DNA of 32,000 bases, taken from NCBI GenBank assembly GCA_024275415.1, contig JAJRZD010000032.1, forward strand, positions 25,141 to 57,140, written 5' to 3'. The DNA comes from an archaeon. Its GTDB lineage: Archaea; Asgardarchaeota; Thorarchaeia; Thorarchaeales; Thorarchaeaceae. Below, one piece after another: positions 26,701 to 32,000 of the stretch. A program made the translations under genes and the position numbers. Below the pieces are notes generated by a model. That model worked only from the letters and a program-made list of their open reading frames with translations. It searched no databases and was not told the origin of the DNA. Position 1 is the first letter of the stretch, and each line of letters opens with the position of its first letter.

Positions 26701-29700
26701 ACCCATGTCGATGCTTCCACTTCTGTGCTTACAGTGATTCGGTAGATGCCTCCGCCAAGCTCCAGAAGCGCTACACTATCAGTCCAATTGCTGGAGAAAG
26801 TCGCGCCAGTAAGCCCAACACTATCCGAAACCCGTGAGAAGTCCACATCAAAGACCGCGGGCGATAACCAATCAATCTGGACTGTATCTGAGGTGATAGC
26901 AGTGAGGGTGGTTGGAGCCGGAGAAACTGTGATGAAGCTCGCAGGGCTTGTTATGGTCGCTGTGGCAGACCCGTAGTTGGCCTTCGAACAAGTGACACTG
27001 ATGTTCCATGAACCTACGGGAACAATATCCCTTGAGAATGTATAGGTCAGAACGCCACCAGAAACCGAAAGGGTCCTTGTGACATTGAGATACGACATTC
27101 CTGCATCCGTGTACCATCGGATAACGACTTGCACATTAGACAGTGTGGGTACGGTAGTGTTTCCTGCGAATCCGTATTCGAACTGGAAATCAGTGGTTGC
27201 CGGATCCCATGTATAATCATTGGTTGAAACTAGTGTCACCTGCATAGGAATCTCGATAATCGTCACTCCGACAATGAATGTCTGGTTGATATAGTTCCTT
27301 TTCTGAAGAGTAAGTGTAATCGAGTACACGCCTGTGTCAAGTCCATTGAGGACAGAGGGGAGAATCTGGTACAGGTGTGCACTCACTCCCAGCGTCCCAG
27401 ACCTGAGCTCGGTCGCACCAGACTTCACAGTATAGTTGAAGACATTCAGACCAGTCACATTCACACCATTTGTGGAATCGTATAACCAATAGGAATGGGT
27501 GCTGTGGTTACCATATTGCTCAGTATAGGATGAATCGCTTATTCCCAGACTGGTTTCAGCGGGATTCACTGTCAAGTAGATGGTTATTGTATCAGGATCG
27601 TCATATCCGGTGGTATGAGCGTTGATTACAATCGTGTAAGGTGTTTCAGACACATTTAGTTTCCACAGATCGGTGTCAACAATGATTGTGTAGTTCACAG
27701 CTGTGTCTTGGACAACATAATACTCTGTCGCCTGAGACCAGTAACCCCAGCCAATAGGCGTCGAACCCATGTATATCGTGTAATTCACCCATGTCGTGCC
27801 ATCAATATTTATGACTGATGTTGTGCTTGGACCGTCCCTATCATAATAGCCCACCACAAAAGATGCGTTTCTACCCCATTTTGCTGTCAAGTATGAAACA
27901 GTAGAGTTCAATTCGGTATAAAAGTCTGCATAGGCCGGTACATTAATTGTGATGTTATTGACGAACCACCAGTCCTTATCGGCCTTCACAAGTATTTCCG
28001 TGAGAAAGCCATTACTGGCATCGCCAGCGATGACTGTAACGTTGTAGGACACCGAATAAGGTGATGACATGTTGGCATGAATGACAAAGAAGGTGATTTG
28101 TCCTGTACTGTTGGTGCTACCTGTGGCAACCAAATTGCCACCCTTTAGAGTGATATTCACTTGAGCGCCTTGTACAAAGGTGCTAGGACCTGTCATTACA
28201 CGGAAGTTCGCACGAGAAATAGGTAATTCGACCGTATAAGATGTTTCACCTTGCAAACTTGTCAGGAATTTCGTATTATTTCGGGCAATTGGTGTTTCAG
28301 AATAGCTGTCGTCCTTCCACACATCCAAGTTCCAAGTCCCATTTACGATGCGATAGAAGTTATAGACGCCATCTGCATCAGTCGTGCGTGTGAGTGTGTA
28401 CACGTTCTCATTCTTGGTATTGTTAATCTTGACCGTTGCACCTTCGATGGGCTGGTCATCCCAGCTCATCACAGTGACACGAAGTGTGATCAATGGCACT
28501 TCGAATGTATACGAGTAGGGCCCTGTATCGAAGTCCGCTTCATTTCGTGACCAATTGCCAAATTGTAGCATTTGATCGTACTGATACGATGAAACGTTTC
28601 CATCATAACGAATGAAGAACGAGTATGCATCTTTAGGCAGCCGATAGAATGATGCCACACCAGATGCGTCTGTTGTCTGCTGGTCTATGTAGGCACTCCC
28701 ATCAGCGCTCGGTCCAGTCACATTGGAGGCCCGGATGCGTGTGGTTTCATCTGCGGTCTGTGCCATGGGATTGCCCATGAGATCCTGCAAGGTGATGTCA
28801 AAGGAGCCCATTGGGAGGATTACATCAATGGGTGTGACAGACCCTGTGATTGCGTGGTTCGAGGTGTTGCGAACCCAAATATGGGTATATGAGGTGTACA
28901 ACCATGAGGCTGCATCTATGACTGCGCGTACCTCATAGGTGGCATTGCCTAGGCCTTCAAAAACAACAAGTCCATTCGAATCGGTTATGCCTGTGCGATT
29001 TCGCCCCTGCTCGTCCAGCCAGATAGTGGAAGTTGTTGCATTGTAGAGGGTCACCTGCACACCCTCAACTACTGTGCCATCAAGGTCTTTGACTGTGATA
29101 TCGAATTCGAAAAGATGTCGTTCAGAGCCGTATGTAATACTAACTCCAGCCTGATCCTGGTCAGGAGAGTACGCAGGGACTGCCCAGCCATAACCTGTAT
29201 CATAGATTGGGTCGTAGGGAGCAGTTGTCGAGAACCTACCCACATCGACTACTCCGATGCTAGCATTCGATGTTATGTGATAGAGTGTCATCCCAGAGGA
29301 TACTGGTCTGAATGATGCCATTCCGCCAGCGGGGATTTGGAGTGTGCCACCATTGTATCCGCTTATTTTGACCTCGGCATTCTCAAGTGCGACAATCATG
29401 AACTTGTAACCATTGATGCCCCAAAGCTTGTAATTAGTGCCATAACGATGACCTGTGATAGTAGGAACCCAGTCACCAGCATCGGTCACAGCCGTAGGAT
29501 TGTAGAGACCTTCAACCATGAGCATTGAACCAGTATCGCCCTTGATGTGAAGGACATCCTCGGGATCCGTATCGCTTGCGACACCTCGTGCAATAAGGTA
29601 AGAGCTATTTGCTGCAATGTTCTGAGTGCCTACATATGTCCAGGCGCCCCCGTTGGAACTTCGCCACCAGCTGATGTCAACGGCGGTACTACCTAGGTTC

Positions 29701-30956
29701 GTGACTCTGGTGTAGTCGCCGCTGTTACCCATATCAATAGTATAGAATTCCTCACCTGCAAGATTGCCATTCACATCGGGATAGAATGCCCAGATGTCAC
29801 GGGAGTAGGCTGCGTCAACGTCCCCACATCTTCCAGTGATTGGCTTTGTGGCGTTTGCAATCTTGATGTCGTTATATACGATGTCCCATTTGTAAATATA
29901 CTCGCCTTCATCGAGGATGGCGGGCCATGTGTTCACCAGAGAGTAGTTGTTGAACCTCCAATTGGTATCCGCAGACCCATCCGCATTGGTAATCCAGACC
30001 TGAGTGTCATTCTCTTGTGCTAGAACCCAGTACTTCCCTTCGTTTCGAGCGTCGAAACCCTCAACGCCACCAAGGATGATTTCCGTTCCAGAACCTGAGC
30101 CCAGTTGGTTTGTCACTGGGAACCAGTCGTTCATAGCCGCATTTGAGCCTTCGTCACCTTGACCCATGTGCACATACATTGGGTAGTTGGAGTAAACAGC
30201 ATAATACCCGGTGAACAATGTGTAAGAGTATACATCGGGCTCGTAGCGTGCTGCTTGATATTGAGCGAGTGTTCCAGAAGGAACATTTGATGGATAGACG
30301 CTTCCGCTAGTCCCATCCCATTTGCCATCCAGATTGCGGGGATCGTCCCAAGTCTGGGAAGCAGAATCGTACATCTCAATGAGGTAATTATTGTTATCGT
30401 AGAAAGAAACGAGGCTGATGAGAGAGAATGTATAGGATTTGTAGGTGAATGGATAGAAGTTTGGATAGCTTACTGTTCCAACAGGCTCCTTGGCATAGTA
30501 GATGTAATAGTTGGTCTCAGTCGAGCCCGAGGAAACATTCACCAAGAAGGATATCCGAGTCGAGAGGATGTAATTCCCAGTGGCATCATATGTTGTATTC
30601 CAGACTTGGAATGGTAAGAGTGTCCATCCGGGGTTGTCATAGTACGCGACACGTATTGATCCCGCATAACAGTTGCCCTCTGTAAATGTGAGATACAGAT
30701 GCACGGGCGAATTGGTCTTACTCGCTTCAGATGCGTCAAGAGTGAAATTGAAGTACCGCCGATAGATGAAGGTACTATTCCACCATGTCGCTTCGTCTTG
30801 GAACCCGGCCAACTCGACCCCACTGTTCTTGACCTGAAGGGGGGTGGCGTCAGTAGGCTCCGGTGCTGGTTTGTTCATGGTGGATGTGTTTGTCATTGGC
30901 AATAGCAGGAACGTGACAAACGCCGCAAACAGGATAAACATGATTCGACGATTCAT
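23721..30956 (-). CDS. Giant (2411 aa) type I cell-surface protein: signal/anchor, DUF2341-like, IgGFc-binding-like, CarboxypepD_reg-like and Ig-like repeats, TM, acidic cytoplasmic tail
   Basis: Start reassigned to ATG 30956 (GGAGGT 8 nt upstream). Hydrophobic N-term; WWNSTFIYRR...YYIYY; four TT(D/N)xxGxxxF beta-sandwich units; about 9 units ending in a (Y/W)x(I/L)xxxxxxxNY-type strand; TM at about 24561-24630 followed by KRYK; many N-x-S/T sequons. Confidence 0.92.
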   Translation of the reverse strand: MNRRIMFILFAAFVTFLLLPMTNTSTMNKPAPEPTDATPLQVKNSGVELAGFQDEATWWNSTFIYRRYFNFTLDASEASKTNSPVHLYLTFTEGNCYAGSIRVAYYDNPGWTLLPFQVWNTTYDATGNYILSTRISFLVNVSSGSTETNYYIYYAKEPVGTVSYPNFYPFTYKSYTFSLISLVSFYDNNNYLIEMYDSASQTWDDPRNLDGKWDGTSGSVYPSNVPSGTLAQYQAARYEPDVYSYTLFTGYYAVYSNYPMYVHMGQGDEGSNAAMNDWFPVTNQLGSGSGTEIILGGVEGFDARNEGKYWVLAQENDTQVWITNADGSADTNWRFNNYSLVNTWPAILDEGEYIYKWDIVYNDIKIANATKPITGRCGDVDAAYSRDIWAFYPDVNGNLAGEEFYTIDMGNSGDYTRVTNLGSTAVDISWWRSSNGGAWTYVGTQNIAANSSYLIARGVASDTDPEDVLHIKGDTGSMLMVEGLYNPTAVTDAGDWVPTITGHRYGTNYKLWGINGYKFMIVALENAEVKISGYNGGTLQIPAGGMASFRPVSSGMTLYHITSNASIGVVDVGRFSTTAPYDPIYDTGYGWAVPAYSPDQDQAGVSITYGSERHLFEFDITVKDLDGTVVEGVQVTLYNATTSTIWLDEQGRNRTGITDSNGLVVFEGLGNATYEVRAVIDAASWLYTSYTHIWVRNTSNHAITGSVTPIDVILPMGSFDITLQDLMGNPMAQTADETTRIRASNVTGPSADGSAYIDQQTTDASGVASFYRLPKDAYSFFIRYDGNVSSYQYDQMLQFGNWSRNEADFDTGPYSYTFEVPLITLRVTVMSWDDQPIEGATVKINNTKNENVYTLTRTTDADGVYNFYRIVNGTWNLDVWKDDSYSETPIARNNTKFLTSLQGETSYTVELPISRANFRVMTGPSTFVQGAQVNITLKGGNLVATGSTNSTGQITFFVIHANMSSPYSVSYNVTVIAGDASNGFLTEILVKADKDWWFVNNITINVPAYADFYTELNSTVSYLTAKWGRNASFVVGYYDRDGPSTTSVINIDGTTWVNYTIYMGSTPIGWGYWSQATEYYVVQDTAVNYTIIVDTDLWKLNVSETPYTIVINAHTTGYDDPDTITIYLTVNPAETSLGISDSSYTEQYGNHSTHSYWLYDSTNGVNVTGLNVFNYTVKSGATELRSGTLGVSAHLYQILPSVLNGLDTGVYSITLTLQKRNYINQTFIVGVTIIEIPMQVTLVSTNDYTWDPATTDFQFEYGFAGNTTVPTLSNVQVVIRWYTDAGMSYLNVTRTLSVSGGVLTYTFSRDIVPVGSWNISVTCSKANYGSATATITSPASFITVSPAPTTLTAITSDTVQIDWLSPAVFDVDFSRVSDSVGLTGATFSSNWTDSVALLELGGGIYRITVSTEVEASTWVLRLQLIKDNHVNGEIDLTITVNVPLLIQSEFGSIENPLIVYWTRNFTIELTLWDQSRINTPVTGATVSYSWFVESVVDESGTLSGYSGGIYNVTLNAYDAVPQDQLYEIVVTATITGGTADQITFFVRIDAVPNEVVLEQQYFEVFYADVFDVRFYWNNTLDNLPITYAESETYTLIPLDIPITDVVNEGGGWYTLTVDTKLLGMNANVQGSVYVITIELMRNGYQEHDLTTVIMLVLETDASLVIDSIGAVNWSDPIAIKAHLYDALHGGYIWLGATITVSYGAYSLQMVNHNNGTFTLSFDSDNWFPASADPYDLTFTYELPNYVDSTNTTSVVIEPISGTIIIDAPTSLEWTWSQEFELQVRVFNTHGGGLLALEYTTVYYSWQGTSIVGYLAYRDTSVDYHVTVDTMEIPAGDRTLLIVVDNENFTIPNGVLDLVINPVDVALESDQGTYTLVYGEDTGEIILTYSVDDDSVSLTGVLTGATISMEYGGQIFYASYQAGTQVYRLTFNPQEIGDDRVPGIFTLNITAELQNYTTVTIQPKLVLVGTTQLVTETSGFYIEEGQTGIIWFKFIDTVGGRQRSITPSMVTRAELTVNSQLTFSLGDGLFYDEENERYYASVVSAQVGERSTTAYSIQVVIEAPLYTNITSASNTVISVTITEATVDILGPVDALTSVFGLSVGSFRIPLSMFQTILLMIGLFAIGSGSYIGIKRYKIPFAIKQINKALKAMGDGKTAKIDQVKTMGSIVSELLAPGLAELDLSAPVIEVGPEMDYDVSLDDTEGLLDELDALEDVGVEETLPDDVSSFEAELEAELDTIIEAEPEVPEVEDAEVSEAVESEADVGEQKIETEKVEESPDEPEEPAAEPTVDEVMDEAEPDDTVAEDTSEEVIPEEPTLDTSEDETASDVLDDAEPQEDDEIAEQEDTAESESLEEDSEDSEELEEEIEDSLSDEPEDLDVEEDAEARSESDETDVSADDEDIIEEDDLADE
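23724..24400 (-). repeat. Low-complexity Asp/Glu-rich coding region (protein tail)
   Basis: Translation is dominated by E and D (e.g. EEDSEDSEELEEEIEDSLSDEPEDLDVEED); no exact DNA tandem unit is evident. Confidence 0.8.
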
Positions 30957-30960
30957 TCTA

Positions 30961-32000
30961 CTAGACCTCCATGATGACATCCTTGTTGCTCGGGTGGAAA
31001 TTCCTCAGAGTTTCAAGATAGTGAATGGCCTGACGAGCGGGAATATCTCCGTCATTGTAAAGGTCAACAGTGCGAGAGATCAACCATTCGGGATAGACCG
31101 TGACGACCTCAGGATCGCATTTCAAAAGGACATGCTCATTCCCGCCTTCATCCTTGTATTTGGAGATGATGTTGGCTTTCTCAAGTTTCCGGAGTTGCTT
31201 TTTGATCTGACTTTTCGAGATGTCAAGCTTTGCTTCAAGAGTGGCGGTCAGCGTGGGGCCTCTCCTGAGCTCGCTTATGATATCGTGTGCATCGAAATCA
31301 AGAATGAACTGAGATAGCTCCTGAGCCTCGAACCAAAGGGTTTCAGACAGGTCTCTACGGAGGCGTGCCACATACTCGCGGTGGTATTTCCTTGCTGTGC
31401 GGAGATACTCATCGGCAATCTCCTTTGAAACCTTTCCTGTACGAACCGCCCTCGCTGTTTCTCGGGATATGCCTCGCAGGATGAAGATAGCTCGGGTCAG
31501 ATAGATGACCTCTGACGAAAGGCCCTCAACCCATCCAGTGGCGACAATGCCCATCTTCACGAGAGGTCTCAGAATCATGTCAACGTCAATCTTCTTGCCA
31601 ACCTCCTCGAAGATGAGTTGTTCTAAGTTGGTTGATTGTACCGTACCATCCTTCATAAGTGTCTGAAGAATCGCACGACGCACTGGGTCGTTGACGACAG
31701 ACGCCTGACGCTGTTCGGGTGTCATGTGAGTGTACCGGGATATCTGTTTGTACAACTTGGGCACGAGCGAGGTATATGCATCACCTTCGGCATTCAAGAA
31801 AATCTGAGTGGCAATCTCAGGCAATGCATCCTTGTAAGCGTCAGGATCCTCGTCAGTCCCCAGCACGAGGAACACCATGGAAGGCAGCCCCTTCAGGTGC
31901 ATGTTCAAACCACCATAATACACAGCCAGCTTGAAGTCGGGAAATGGTAGAGAGGAAAATCCGGGTCTTTGTGCCTCTTCTGTTTCGCCCAGCGTTGCAA
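30961..32000 (-). CDS. Longin/uDENN-like domain + two winged-helix domains; 5' end lies outside the window
   Basis: Frame is open from 31923 to the edge (...ATLGETEEAQRPGFSSLPFPDFKLAVYYGG...SMVFLVLG...PDAYKDALPEIATQIF). WH1 DPVRRAILQTLMKDG...ILRPLVKMGIV; WH2 LEAKLDISKSQIKKQLRKLEKANII. Confidence 0.82.
   Translation of the reverse strand, partial: ATLGETEEAQRPGFSSLPFPDFKLAVYYGGLNMHLKGLPSMVFLVLGTDEDPDAYKDALPEIATQIFLNAEGDAYTSLVPKLYKQISRYTHMTPEQRQASVVNDPVRRAILQTLMKDGTVQSTNLEQLIFEEVGKKIDVDMILRPLVKMGIVATGWVEGLSSEVIYLTRAIFILRGISRETARAVRTGKVSKEIADEYLRTARKYHREYVARLRRDLSETLWFEAQELSQFILDFDAHDIISELRRGPTLTATLEAKLDISKSQIKKQLRKLEKANIISKYKDEGGNEHVLLKCDPEVVTVYPEWLISRTVDLYNDGDIPARQAIHYLETLRNFHPSNKDVIMEV

Noticed and set aside
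30957-30980. ORF-track start MSSWRSSR for the giant protein
   Set aside because: It overlaps the upstream gene; ATG 30956 has a GGAGGT at canonical spacing and begins directly with a signal-like sequence.
1-32000. Mobile elements, rRNA, tRNA, CRISPR
   Set aside because: No transposase/integrase motifs, terminal repeats, RNA gene signatures or repeat-spacer arrays were seen by eye; tRNAscan-SE/Infernal were not run.

Overview
Gene-dense archaeal window, most likely from an Asgard archaeon (Thorarchaeia-like). This is an inference from the longin-fused small GTPase, a giant DUF2341-like surface protein, tandem winged-helix/longin proteins and GGAGGT ribosome-binding sites with several TTG starts. 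The left two-thirds encode mostly membrane and metabolic functions. These are a P2-type ATPase running off the left edge (absent from the ORF track; its ion-binding residues are non-canonical), a membrane-anchored subtilase with site-1-protease-like architecture, an MFS transporter, a PHP phosphatase, two TPR proteins, a GH36 alpha-galactosidase, an FAH-family hydrolase, a leuB/leuC/leuD-like trio without an adjacent leuA, an acyl-CoA dehydrogenase, an RHH regulator and a DUF35 protein. The right third (19994 to >32000, minus strand) is a co-oriented, mostly tightly packed cluster: longin+2xWH protein, 2411-aa type I surface protein with a long acidic cytoplasmic tail, longin-Arf-like GTPase, two small helical-hairpin proteins, coiled-coil+WH protein and a small WH-like protein. 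This cluster is the best candidate for an undescribed system linking a surface adhesin/receptor to a GTPase switch and an ESCRT-I/II- or GATOR-like scaffold. No rRNA, tRNA, CRISPR array or mobile element was recognised. All family comparisons are by eye from remembered motifs; no database searches were run.
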